Shown here one piece after another: positions 9,390-17,683 of a stretch of 64,000 nt of DNA. Origin of the DNA: an uncultured Candidatus Saccharibacteria bacterium (GTDB lineage: Bacteria > Patescibacteriota > Minisyncoccia > Phycocordibacterales > UBA9973); assembly GCA_964646765.1 (NCBI GenBank), contig CAZYIA010000003.1:2815-66814 (forward strand), given 5' to 3'. The notes beneath the pieces are model-generated. The model saw nothing but the letters and a program-made list of their open reading frames with translations. It searched no databases and was not told the origin of the DNA. The position numbers and the translations under genes are program-made. Every line of letters begins with the position of its first letter. Position 1 is the first letter of the stretch.

Positions 9390-9923
9390 TTGCGTCCATT
9401 CTTAAGAGGTGTAGAATGGCAGAAGTATTGCGCTCCGTCAGTTTCTATGTGGAAAATCGATAAAACAAACCTCATTCATATTGTTTTAGGACATTCATAC
9501 CTTGTGTATTTTGCCTCTATTTTGATTGGTCTAGCTATCGATATTGGTTGGCAGTACCACCTGGAACAAACTCTTCTTACAGGAATAGTGGGTTGGGTGC
9601 TCATAGTTGTTGGACCAGCAATTGTGTACTGGGCGCAGCATTCGTCTGTAAAACTCGCGGTTAAGCGTATTTGTGATGTGCATGGTATTTGCCCTGATGA
9701 TTTTCGTAAAGGTCCATATGCCTTTACTCGAAGTCCAACAAATTTTGGACTTTTCCTAATGATCATTGGTCTTGGTTTTATCCTTTCATCAGTTTCAGTG
9801 GTAGTTACAACCATCATCGCATTTTTGCTCACCCGCTATGTATTTATTCGCAAAGAAGAACAGCTTCTCGAAGAAAAATATGGTGACGCCTACCGGGATT
9901 ACAAATCCCAAGTTCGCATCTAA
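9390..9923 (+). CDS. Membrane-bound methyltransferase of the isoprenylcysteine carboxyl methyltransferase/phospholipid MTase (ICMT/PEMT) family
   Basis: Four or five TM helices. The C-terminal motif is GPYAFTRSPTNFG...RKEEQLLEEKYGDAYRDYKSQV. The track start is a TTG; an internal ATG (MWKIDKT) is an alternative start. Confidence 0.6.
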   Translation: MRPFLRGVEWQKYCAPSVSMWKIDKTNLIHIVLGHSYLVYFASILIGLAIDIGWQYHLEQTLLTGIVGWVLIVVGPAIVYWAQHSSVKLAVKRICDVHGICPDDFRKGPYAFTRSPTNFGLFLMIIGLGFILSSVSVVVTTIIAFLLTRYVFIRKEEQLLEEKYGDAYRDYKSQVRI

Positions 9924-9929
9924 GGTTAT

Positions 9930-10652
9930 ATGCTTACCCTAATATATGGTACTGATGCAGTAAAACGCGCATCTGCTCGTGATGCTACGATTACGTTACT
10001 TCAAAAAAAATTTCCTGATCTTGAAGTAACTTTTCAAAATGCGCTTGATGCATCACGTGAACACCTTGAAAATCTTACTCAAGCAACAAATCTTTTTGGG
10101 GCACATCGCCTTGTTGTGCTTACTTCACTCTCCGAGCATGAAGAGGCTGGAAGTTTTTTTATCCCGCTTTTGAAAGAAGTAGGTGATCGCAGTGATGTCA
10201 CCGTACTCGTTGTTGAAGGAAAACTCACGAAAGATATTCTTTCGAAATATGAAAAGTATGCAGAGAGTGTGAGCGTGTATGACTTACCAAAAGAAAAAGC
10301 GGTCGAGAAGCGGAATCCATTTGCGCTTTCAGACGCCCTCTTTGCGCGTGACCGAAAACTTGCGTGGCAGTTGTATCGTGAAGCAATCGACAACGGAGCA
10401 GGGGAGGAAGAAATTGCAGGGCTTTTGTTTTGGGGATTAAAAGCACTTCTCTTAGCGGCAAAAGAAAATACAGCCACTGATGCAGGACTTCATCCGTTCG
10501 TGTTTGGAAAAGCAAAACGTGCACTTACAAAATGGCGAGAGGATGAACTTCAAAAAATTACTGGTGACCTCGTAGCGCTTGTACATGAATCACGCACTCG
10601 CTCTCTTGATCCGGAAATTTCTCTTGAGCAATTTATTTTGACTCGTGTTTAA
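9930..10652 (+). CDS. DNA polymerase III delta subunit-like protein (HolA-like, short form)
   Basis: 240 aa. The N-terminus LIYGTDAVKR and overall helical composition resemble clamp-loader delta, and there is no P-loop. The assignment is tentative. Confidence 0.35.
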   Translation: MLTLIYGTDAVKRASARDATITLLQKKFPDLEVTFQNALDASREHLENLTQATNLFGAHRLVVLTSLSEHEEAGSFFIPLLKEVGDRSDVTVLVVEGKLTKDILSKYEKYAESVSVYDLPKEKAVEKRNPFALSDALFARDRKLAWQLYREAIDNGAGEEEIAGLLFWGLKALLLAAKENTATDAGLHPFVFGKAKRALTKWREDELQKITGDLVALVHESRTRSLDPEISLEQFILTRV

Positions 10653-10670
10653 AATTCAAAGAAATAAAAA

Positions 10671-10735
10671 AAGAGCCTTGGATTCGTTATCCGAGATTTT
10701 ATTCTCCGATAACCGATCCAAGGCTCTTAACCTTT
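10671..10735. terminator. Long imperfect inverted repeat (about 25-bp arms) between convergent genes; bidirectional terminator candidate
   Basis: agagccttggattcgttatccgaga-ttttat-tctccgataaccgatccaaggctct, flanked by A-run and T-run sequence. Confidence 0.5.
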
Positions 10736-10951
10736 TGAGGAAAGAACGAGAGAGACCCACAAGGTCCTCTATACAAAGAATGGGCAGAACTGTGCACATT
10801 AATAATCGTGCGTGTTCTTCATCTTCTCTTACGTTACCTGCGACGTAAATATCTCTAAGCGAGAAACTTACAGGTGCAAAAGGAGCGTGCCATTTCGCTA
10901 TTAAGTATAACGCTCTTTAGAAAGTTCTTTACGGGGTATGTGGAAAAACCA

Positions 10952-11485
10952 CTATTTTCCTTGTCGTTCAAGGCCAATCCAGGCGGTGACGGTGAGTCCG
11001 AGGAGGCCAAGAAGTGACATGAGCGGGATAGTAACAAAACCGAATTCAGCCACGAAACGTTGTGTACATGATACCGCAGCATCACACACAAAGAGTGCCC
11101 CGCCACCCCAGTCGATATAATTGTGGTAGAGAGAAATAACTAAGCCAACAAGTGAGAGTACTAAGGTGTAACGGAAAACACTTCTGTCGCGAGTGATAAG
11201 TGCAACTGCGTAGAGAAGTACTTGCGGATAAATTGCAAGACGCTGCCACCAGCACAATTGGCATGGCGGGTAACCAATGTAGCCTGAATATAAGAGACTT
11301 ACAATTGCTCCAGAAAGTGCGATACCAAAACCGATCCACTCTAAATGTTTTGATACAGGGTCAAGAATAGGATGAGCAACTTTTCGGTTAAATGCGTGGG
11401 CGATAAGCGCCACCAAACCCACAGCTCCGATTGAGAGCGTGCCAATAGCAGCAATGAAGTTAAGTGTGTTGGTGAATGTTTGCAT
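10952..11485 (-). CDS. Disulfide bond formation protein B (DsbB/BdbC family) membrane oxidoreductase
   Basis: Four TM helices and the CQLCWWQR motif (compare BdbC CxxCWYQR), plus a second Cys pair CDAAVSC. Confidence 0.65.
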   Translation of the reverse strand: MQTFTNTLNFIAAIGTLSIGAVGLVALIAHAFNRKVAHPILDPVSKHLEWIGFGIALSGAIVSLLYSGYIGYPPCQLCWWQRLAIYPQVLLYAVALITRDRSVFRYTLVLSLVGLVISLYHNYIDWGGGALFVCDAAVSCTQRFVAEFGFVTIPLMSLLGLLGLTVTAWIGLERQGK

Positions 11486-11487
11486 AC

Positions 11488-12087
11488 TTATTTTTCAGCT
11501 GGTAACTGACAGCCAGTTTCTTCAGACAAAAGAGCGAGACTGGTTTCTCCTGAAAGGCGAGAAGTTGCTGGATCGAAGGTGTATGTTTTTTCATCTCCTT
11601 CTCCAGTGGTAGTTGGTGTACTTGTTGTCATTACGCGAACAGCTTCTCCGCTATTGAGTGTAAATACCCACTGCGTAAATAGTTTTGATTCGTTACCCCC
11701 TTCTCCTGGTTTTGAAACAATCGGATTAGTTTTTGTGTGAAGCACGATTGGTTTTGTAAAGGTCCATGTTGGGTATCCCTCGATTTTATTATCAGTACAT
11801 ACTTGCGTTTGTGATGCTCCATCTGGGTTAGAACATTCAGTGTATAGATCGATAGCTTCAAGTTTTTGGCGTGACATACCAAACTCACGTTCCTGGGCTT
11901 GGCAGTGTGGGCACCAGAATGCTCCGTAAAACTTTGCACCTTGGTCTTTCAAACACTGAGCAAAACCATCGTACACCCCTTTTTTATTTGATGAGTAAAT
12001 GGCAAAGGCAATAGCTCCGGCGATAAGAATAATGACAACTGCGATTGTAACTTTTTTTGATGTATCCATAGATAGAAAGTATAGCAA
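11488..12087 (-). CDS. Membrane-anchored thioredoxin-fold thiol-disulfide oxidoreductase (DsbA/BdbD-like) with a C-terminal extension
   Basis: N-terminal TM anchor followed by FYGAFWCPHCQAQ (CPHC active site). It sits immediately upstream (minus strand) of the DsbB-like gene. Confidence 0.65.
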   Translation of the reverse strand: MLYFLSMDTSKKVTIAVVIILIAGAIAFAIYSSNKKGVYDGFAQCLKDQGAKFYGAFWCPHCQAQEREFGMSRQKLEAIDLYTECSNPDGASQTQVCTDNKIEGYPTWTFTKPIVLHTKTNPIVSKPGEGGNESKLFTQWVFTLNSGEAVRVMTTSTPTTTGEGDEKTYTFDPATSRLSGETSLALLSEETGCQLPAEK

Positions 12088-12157
12088 AAAATGAGGCTAT
12101 AGGGATCGGTCACAAATCACTAAGTTTTTACCACGCAACGCGTGTTAAAACAAAGTG

Positions 12158-12250
12158 TTTGCGACCCCGCCTCGCCTGTCACTAGCGCGACATGGCTGCG
12201 GCCTTCGATCCCTGCTCGCATGTGAAGCAGTTCACATGCTTGAGCGGATA
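12158..12250 (-). repeat. tRNA-linked conserved element, copy A (downstream of tRNA-Lys): scaffold block + antisense T-arm segment + AAGCAGT-loop hairpin
   Basis: About 70% identical to copy B (47141..47245, opposite genomic orientation, same orientation relative to its tRNA), including a 16/16 block gcgaccccgcctcgcc (12161-12176). ttcgatccctgct (12204-12216) is the reverse orientation of the tRNA-Lys T-loop/T-stem. The hairpin catgtgaagcagttcacatg lies at 12219-12238. Confidence 0.6.
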
Positions 12251-12272
12251 AAAATCCGCTTCGTGATTTTTG

Positions 12273-12345
12273 TCCGCTCAGCAGGGATCGAACCTGCGAC
12301 CGTCTCCTTAAAAGGGAGCTGCTCTACCAACTGAGCTATGAGCGG
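12273..12345 (-). tRNA. tRNA-Lys (anticodon TTT)
   Basis: Minus-strand cloverleaf CCGCTCA-TA-GCTC-AGTTGGTA-GAGC-A-GCTCC-CTTTTAA-GGAGA-CGGTC-GCAGG-TTCGATC-CCTGC-TGAGCGG-A. Anticodon loop CTTTTAA. CCA is not encoded. Confidence 0.85.
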
Positions 12346-12461
12346 AAAACAGGTAGAAAGTACCACAGAATAGAGCCGAAATCAATTTTTTAAGCACGCT
12401 TCTCCCTGAAGTAAAAAAGAGCCTATTTTATAAATATCCTAACTAAGCTACTATTATCTCC

Positions 12462-13169
12462 ATGATTAAATTCAACGAAGTGACGTGGTACTCAAAGTTA
12501 GCCGCCATCGTTTTCTTTATTGGTGCTTTACCTGCTCTTACTTTTTATATAGGAACTGAGTACGAAAAAACGAAAGAGGTAACTATGCCGCTTACGGTAA
12601 CAACTCCAGCTACGTCTCATGTAACGACGAATGGTCATTACGAACTCTCCACTTACACCAACAAAATGTATGGCTGGAGTTTCAAATATCCAAGTACTTG
12701 GAAGGTTACTGAAGATAAAGATGGTACGGGAGTTTCAATTGACCCCGGTGTACGTGTCGCTGGTTACTTACCAGACCAAAAAGCTATGGTAGAAAAATAT
12801 AGCCTTGGCTTCTCGACAATTAAAAAGAAAGATTTTGGAACCATAAACAGTAAAGTTGGAATGATTAGTTTTGATTCCGCAAAAGATGCTCTGGTTGATG
12901 GTCTCGATACCCCAAGTCGTTGTCTTCCGGTTTCTGAACACATTGGTTTACATAATGCACTCTCGGGTTTTATGTACACTGGAAGTTTAATGTCTGACCC
13001 AGCGTATGGAGGTTCTGCGATCGTTACAAACAAGGACTACCTTATAACGTACGGCTGGCAATCATATGAAAACGATGACGCGTTTGCTCTCGGCCAAAGT
13101 ATTATTTACGGAACCTTTACTCTCGCTCCTGACGTATATTCCATTGTTCCTCGATGTGTAGCTCAGTAA
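12462..13169 (+). CDS. Hypothetical membrane-anchored/secreted protein
   Basis: N-terminal TM/signal anchor (LAAIVFFIGALPALTFYIG). No recognisable domain. Confidence 0.5.
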   Translation: MIKFNEVTWYSKLAAIVFFIGALPALTFYIGTEYEKTKEVTMPLTVTTPATSHVTTNGHYELSTYTNKMYGWSFKYPSTWKVTEDKDGTGVSIDPGVRVAGYLPDQKAMVEKYSLGFSTIKKKDFGTINSKVGMISFDSAKDALVDGLDTPSRCLPVSEHIGLHNALSGFMYTGSLMSDPAYGGSAIVTNKDYLITYGWQSYENDDAFALGQSIIYGTFTLAPDVYSIVPRCVAQ

Positions 13170-13645
13170 TGAACAAACAAGTATCCTTTCTTGTTCTCCT
13201 AAATATCCGCTCCGCCCAAAACGTCGGGTCTCTTTTTCGCACGGCAGATGCCGCTGGTATTTCTAAAATCTATCTCGTTGGCTACACTCCTGACCCAGTT
13301 GATCGTTTTAATCGTCCGCGTGCTGATGTTGCGAAAGCATCTTTGGGGGCTGAAAAAACCGTTGCATGGGAGCATGTAAAAACAGTTAGTCCACTGCTCA
13401 AAAAATTAAAAGGGCAGGGAGTACAACTTGTTGCTGTTGAACAGTCAGAAAGTTCTGTAGACTACAAAAAAATAAAACCACAGTTTCCTGTGGCATTTAT
13501 TCTTGGCAACGAGGTGGAAGGTATTTCCAAAAATGTTCTTTCTAAGGTAGATCTGGTTGCTGAAATTCCGATGGCAGGAAAGAAAGAATCACTCAATGTT
13601 TCCGTTGCTGGTGGTATTGCACTATTTCGGATGCTTAACCGTTAG
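13169..13645 (+). CDS. SpoU-class (TrmH/TrmL-like) RNA 2'-O-methyltransferase
   Basis: ATG at 13169 overlaps the upstream stop (TAATG). SPOUT motifs are present: LLNIRSAQNVGSLFRTADAAGI...ESLNVSVAGGIALF. Confidence 0.7.
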   Translation: MNKQVSFLVLLNIRSAQNVGSLFRTADAAGISKIYLVGYTPDPVDRFNRPRADVAKASLGAEKTVAWEHVKTVSPLLKKLKGQGVQLVAVEQSESSVDYKKIKPQFPVAFILGNEVEGISKNVLSKVDLVAEIPMAGKKESLNVSVAGGIALFRMLNR

Positions 13646-13880
13646 AAGCAGGCGTTGTTTGCTCTAATGGCTGCGCCCCTTCGTTTACTGGGGTAACCTC
13701 GTCGCCGCCTGGGCCGTAGACTTCACCGTTACCAATAGGACTTGGAGCGTTCATGAATGGTTTGTCTTTGTCAGTGCGCAGTGCACCGCCAGTAACGTAC
13801 CAAATTACCCAGAGCACAATGATGAGGCCAACAAGCCACCATAGCGGTCCGAATGTGCTCCCTCCTTCTCCGTGACTCAT
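13635..13880 (-). CDS. Small hypothetical membrane protein
   Basis: 81 aa. One TM helix (LWWLVGLIIVLWVIWYV) followed by a G/P-rich tail. Intergenic position between SpoU MTase and mutM. Confidence 0.4.
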   Translation of the reverse strand: MSHGEGGSTFGPLWWLVGLIIVLWVIWYVTGGALRTDKDKPFMNAPSPIGNGEVYGPGGDEVTPVNEGAQPLEQTTPASNG

Positions 13881-13889
13881 AACTATATA

Positions 13890-14834
13890 TTACGAATTAG
13901 CTAGTAATTTCTGATGAACCGAACAAAAGTGTGCGCTCCGGCCACCAACTACTTTGCGCAGTATAACACCTCTACAACCACGTTTTCTACATGGTTCACC
14001 TTTTCTTCGATACACATTATGATGATGCTGAAATTTTCCTGGCTTACCATCAATGTTGCGATAATCGCTGGTTGAGTCACCACCAAAATTAATTCCCTGA
14101 GCAAGTACTTTCTGCACCGACTGATAGAGTATTTTCAGTTTACTTTTTGGAATATTTTTTACGCGTTCCTCCGGATGAAGACCTGCAAGCCAAAGTGCTT
14201 CGTCAGAGTAAATATTGCCAATGCCGGAAATGAGCGTCTGATCCATAAGCGCTGTTTTGATTTTTCCATTCGGCCAAAGATTGAGTCGTTCACGAAAAAT
14301 TTCTTCAGTAAATTTTTTATCGAGGGGCTCGGGTCCTAAATGTGAGAGATGTTTGGAATCCAAAATATCTTTGGTGGGCACCACCGTTACTTTTGCAAAC
14401 TTTCGCATATCCGAAAGGGCCAGATGCTTACCGTTAGAAAATGAAAAAACCACGTGAATGAATTTGTTGAACGGATCTCGCAGAGCGTCATTCTTTTCTT
14501 TTTTAGCTGGTCGCCACAGTTCTTTCTTTTCCTCGAGTACTTTTTCGTATACTCCATAGAGCAAATGCCCTGTCATTTTCATGTGCACCAAAATAGTTTC
14601 TTTATTTGAGAGATGAATGAGAATATTTTTAGCCCGTCTGGAAACAGAAGTAACTTTTGCGCCAACAACCCGGCCGCGGAATGATTTAAAAAATAAATGA
14701 CTCTTAAGTGTTTCAGCTCGAATACCGCCAACAATTTTTAGTGGCAAGTCAGTCCACACGTCAGTAATTTTTAGTTTCGGTAGAACTTTTTGAAGAGAGG
14801 AGACTGTGGTTTGTACTTCAGGAAGCTCTGGCAT
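13890..14834 (-). CDS. mutM: Formamidopyrimidine-DNA glycosylase (Fpg/Nei family)
   Basis: N-terminal MPELPEV catalytic Pro/Glu. C-terminal zinc finger CRKRGCRGVILRKVVGGRSAHFCSVHQ. Confidence 0.8.
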   Translation of the reverse strand: MPELPEVQTTVSSLQKVLPKLKITDVWTDLPLKIVGGIRAETLKSHLFFKSFRGRVVGAKVTSVSRRAKNILIHLSNKETILVHMKMTGHLLYGVYEKVLEEKKELWRPAKKEKNDALRDPFNKFIHVVFSFSNGKHLALSDMRKFAKVTVVPTKDILDSKHLSHLGPEPLDKKFTEEIFRERLNLWPNGKIKTALMDQTLISGIGNIYSDEALWLAGLHPEERVKNIPKSKLKILYQSVQKVLAQGINFGGDSTSDYRNIDGKPGKFQHHHNVYRRKGEPCRKRGCRGVILRKVVGGRSAHFCSVHQKLLANS

Positions 14835-14835
14835 G

Positions 14836-15411
14836 TTATTTCTGGCCTAAAATTTTGAGTGCCTCCTTGATGCGAGCATTGGTATCAGTAATTTCAGATG
14901 GTACATGTTTTAATGCGTCACGGGCATCTCCCGCTGAATATCCGAGCGCTTGAAGTGCCAATATAGTGTCGCTTTCGGCACGAAGTGAATGCTTGCCTTC
15001 AGAAGAAGCGTGAGCGGCTAACTTGTCGCGAAGTTCAAGGACAATTTTTTCTGCCGTCTTTCTGCCGATACCAGAAACTTTAGTGAGGTATGAAGTATCG
15101 CCGGTCGCAATCGCGCGACGGAGCGCATCAGTAGAAGCGATACCCAAAATACCGAGTGCTGATTTTGGGCCAATACCAGAAACAGAAATTAGGAGCTCGA
15201 AGAAGCCAAGATCGTCTTCATTCGAAAATCCGTACAAATCGAGTGCATCTTCTCGTACCGCGAGGTACGTATGAAGTGCTGTTTCGGTTTTTCCCGAAAG
15301 TTCGGCTAAAAGATCATTTGTGCAAAACACCCGGTAGCCAACACCTGACACGTCAATGAGCACATACTTCTCAGTGACGGTTAAAATTCCTCCCCGAAGA
15401 TGACTAATCAT
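14836..15411 (-). CDS. ruvA: Holliday junction branch migration protein RuvA
   Basis: MISHLRGGILTVTEKYVLIDVSGVGYRVF, HhH motifs (ISVSGIGPKSALGIL; VSGIGRKTAEKIVLEL) and a C-terminal domain III. Confidence 0.85.
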   Translation of the reverse strand: MISHLRGGILTVTEKYVLIDVSGVGYRVFCTNDLLAELSGKTETALHTYLAVREDALDLYGFSNEDDLGFFELLISVSGIGPKSALGILGIASTDALRRAIATGDTSYLTKVSGIGRKTAEKIVLELRDKLAAHASSEGKHSLRAESDTILALQALGYSAGDARDALKHVPSEITDTNARIKEALKILGQK

Positions 15412-15544
15412 AAGGGAAGTATAGCATGTGTGCCGATTTGATTTTTAAAGGATTTCTGGTATAGTCATTCCACTTCAGTACAGTGTCTCGTACTAGAAGA
15501 TAGTACGTTAGATATTAGAAATTAGAACCTAGATATTCGCATTT

Positions 15545-15808
15545 ATGCCAATTACCCGTTCCGCAAAAAAGGCTCACCGCGTTTCTCTTCGCAAGAAAGC
15601 CGTTAATGACCAGTATAAAAAGGTTGTTAAGGAAGAAATCAAGAAGATTGAGCGTTTGGTTAAAGAAGGTAAGTTCGCCGATGCTAAGAAGCTTCTCTCA
15701 GAAGCTTACAGTGCTATCGATAAAGCAGCCAAGCACAAAGTGATCGAAAAGAACAACGCTTCTCGTAAGAAGTCTCGTCTCTCTCGCATTACGAAACCAG
15801 CTAAATAG
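15545..15808 (+). CDS. rpsT: 30S ribosomal protein S20
   Basis: MPITRSAKKAHRVSLRKKAVNDQYKK... is the typical basic S20 sequence. Confidence 0.85.
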   Translation: MPITRSAKKAHRVSLRKKAVNDQYKKVVKEEIKKIERLVKEGKFADAKKLLSEAYSAIDKAAKHKVIEKNNASRKKSRLSRITKPAK

Positions 15809-15816
15809 CTAGTACA

Positions 15817-15841
15817 AAAGCCTCCCAAGCGGAGGCTTTTG
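15817..15841 (+). terminator. Rho-independent terminator after rpsT
   Basis: aaaagcctcc-caagc-ggaggctttt hairpin followed by a T-run. Confidence 0.7.
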
Positions 15842-15974
15842 TAATGGTTGGTGGGGATGCGCGTCTATAGAGATGTCATGATTCTCCTTATTGGCACAGC
15901 CGTATATTTTGCAGTTCGTCGGACACTTTTGTCTTAGCCTTTTTACTTCCTGGTAAATACTATATACTGGCCCC

Positions 15975-16238
15975 ATGTCACACCTCATAAATTTTTACGG
16001 CGAAGAGTGTCCACATTGCCTCAAAATGCACACATTAGTGGAAAAGTTAGAGACTGAAACTGGAGCAAAAGTTGATCGTCTCGAAGTCTGGCATAACGAA
16101 GATAACTTAAAAAAACTGGAGGGATTTGATCCAAAAGGAGAATGCGGCGGTGTCCCATTTTTTGTGAATACCAAAAGCAATAAGTTTATCTGCGGCGAAG
16201 CAAGCTACGATGAACTTAAAGCGTGGGCAGCTGAGTAA
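15975..16238 (+). CDS. Small thioredoxin-fold redox protein (CPHC motif; glutaredoxin-like/redox-active disulfide protein)
   Basis: 87 aa. FYGEECPHCLKM near the N-terminus and a second Cys pair GECGG. Confidence 0.55.
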   Translation: MSHLINFYGEECPHCLKMHTLVEKLETETGAKVDRLEVWHNEDNLKKLEGFDPKGECGGVPFFVNTKSNKFICGEASYDELKAWAAE

Positions 16239-16952
16239 TTACCCAGCAATAGAGATAGCGATATAAATGACGAGGGCGCCAAGGATGGTCATCGCGGTGG
16301 TCCATTTTGTTGGATGTCCGTGAAAACTTTCAGGAATTAAGTCACTTGCACCAATGTACAAGAAGAATCCAGCGAAGAGAGAAAGTAGCAATGAAAGGGT
16401 GGATTCTGAAATAGGGAAGAGATATGCAATGAACACGCCAATAATTGGAGCAATGGAATCAGCTAAAAGCCAATGCATGGCTTTTTTTTGGTTCCCGCCA
16501 TTTTTCAATACAACACTAATAGTATTGATACCGTCAGAGAAATCGTGAGCGAGCACAGCAATGGCAACGATAATTCCTAAGCTCGCTGAAACTTGGAAGG
16601 ATAAACCAACACCGAGGCCATCTAAGAGACTGTGAAATGAAAGACTTCCTGCGCGCAAATCAGAACGTCGATGATCGTGGTCGTGACTCTCGTGAGTATG
16701 GGGGATAAAAAAGCGATCAACAACCAGATAGAGTAAAAAACCAATTGCTGTTACCAAAAGACCCGTTGAGAGAGGATGATAAGCGCTTCCTAATTCGAGC
16801 GATTCCGGAAGCAGATCAAAAAAAGCTACTCCAATAACTGCGCCAGCAGAAAATCCCAAGATAAGGTGGAGTTGGTCTTTAAACCGAAGAGCGAGAGAAC
16901 CGCCCAAGTAGGTCATGATGCCTGCGAGGAAGGCGATACTAATAATAAGCAT
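16239..16952 (-). CDS. ZIP-family divalent metal (zinc) transporter
   Basis: Eight TM helices, a His-rich loop HTHESHDHDHRRSD, and conserved HSLLDGLGVG / AHDFSDG motifs. Confidence 0.75.
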   Translation of the reverse strand: MLIISIAFLAGIMTYLGGSLALRFKDQLHLILGFSAGAVIGVAFFDLLPESLELGSAYHPLSTGLLVTAIGFLLYLVVDRFFIPHTHESHDHDHRRSDLRAGSLSFHSLLDGLGVGLSFQVSASLGIIVAIAVLAHDFSDGINTISVVLKNGGNQKKAMHWLLADSIAPIIGVFIAYLFPISESTLSLLLSLFAGFFLYIGASDLIPESFHGHPTKWTTAMTILGALVIYIAISIAG

Positions 16953-17057
16953 CTTTGTAATTTAACATCGGACCCAGTAAAAACAAGGGGTGTAACGGAA
17001 AAGTTTCTAGGACGTTAGCCTATAAAGGTCGGCTATTACTAACCCAAATTTTTACTT

Positions 17058-17453
17058 ATGAGATTTATATCGACTAAAACACACGGAATTATTGATTACA
17101 TTGTCGGCATTATTTTATTTTTTGCCCCTTCAATTTTTGGATTTTCTGAGTATGGTGGCGCAGCCGTTACAATTCCTCAGGTCCTCGGTGTGGCAATTTT
17201 GATTGTTACTCTTCTGACAAACTTTGAACCTGGTTTGATTAAGCTTATTCCAATGAGCTTACATCTCTGGTTTGATTACCTCGGTAGCATTCTCCTCATT
17301 GTTTCTCCTTGGCTCTTTAATTTCTCAAACTTGTCAGGATCTGTATGGACACCGCACGTTGTTGTCGGAGCACTTATTCTTGTTCAGGCACTCTTCTCTG
17401 AAAAAACTCCACATAGCGTTGGACATAAAAGTCATCGCTTAGGATATCGTTAA
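17058..17453 (+). CDS. Small SPW-repeat-type membrane protein, function unknown
   Basis: Four TM helices with 'SPW' (LLIVSPWLFNF). Confidence 0.45.
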   Translation: MRFISTKTHGIIDYIVGIILFFAPSIFGFSEYGGAAVTIPQVLGVAILIVTLLTNFEPGLIKLIPMSLHLWFDYLGSILLIVSPWLFNFSNLSGSVWTPHVVVGALILVQALFSEKTPHSVGHKSHRLGYR

Positions 17454-17572
17454 TCGAAATCTCGCAAAAAATCAAAAAGCACTATCGGGTGCTTTTTGAT
17501 TTTAGCCTGTAAAAACTGGACGAAATGGCAAAAATACCGTATAGTAGCAACGCTTTTAGCTTAAAAGGCTAT

Positions 17573-17647
17573 GGTCCCGTCGTTCAATGGATAGGACGCA
17601 AGATTGCGGATCTTGCAATGCAGGTTCGATTCCTGCCGGGATCACCA
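17573..17647 (+). tRNA. tRNA-Arg (anticodon GCG as read; CCA encoded)
   Basis: Cloverleaf GGTCCCG-TC-GTTC-AATGGATA-GGAC-G-CAAGA-TTGCGGA-TCTTG-CAAT-GCAGG-TTCGATT-CCTGC-CGGGATC-A-CCA. The anticodon loop TTGCGGA gives GCG. The overlapping track ORF 17525..17935 is spurious over this region. Confidence 0.7.
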
Positions 17648-17653
17648 GAGACA

Positions 17654-17680
17654 AAAAGACTGCCCTGCGGCAGTCTTTTT
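17654..17680 (+). terminator. Rho-independent terminator after tRNA-Arg
   Basis: agactgcc-ctgc-ggcagtct stem followed by ttttt. Confidence 0.7.
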
Positions 17681-17683
17681 ACT

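Noticed and set aside
10736-10950. Possible structured ncRNA (RNase P, SRP, tmRNA or 6S) in the 200-nt gap after the long hairpin
   Set aside because: None of the universally conserved motifs of these RNAs were recognisable. The region is left unannotated.
12160-12232. Possible second tRNA gene, with a T-loop-like GGCCTTCGATCCCTGC on the plus strand next to tRNA-Lys
   Set aside because: No acceptor, D or anticodon stems can be formed. The TTCGATCCCTGCT string is instead explained as the inverted T-arm cassette of the tRNA-linked element.
17525-17683. N-terminal part of track ORF 17525..17935 (MAKIPYSSNAFSLKGYGPVVQWIGRK...)
   Set aside because: It runs straight through a well-formed tRNA-Arg cloverleaf and its terminator. 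The open frame is coincidental.
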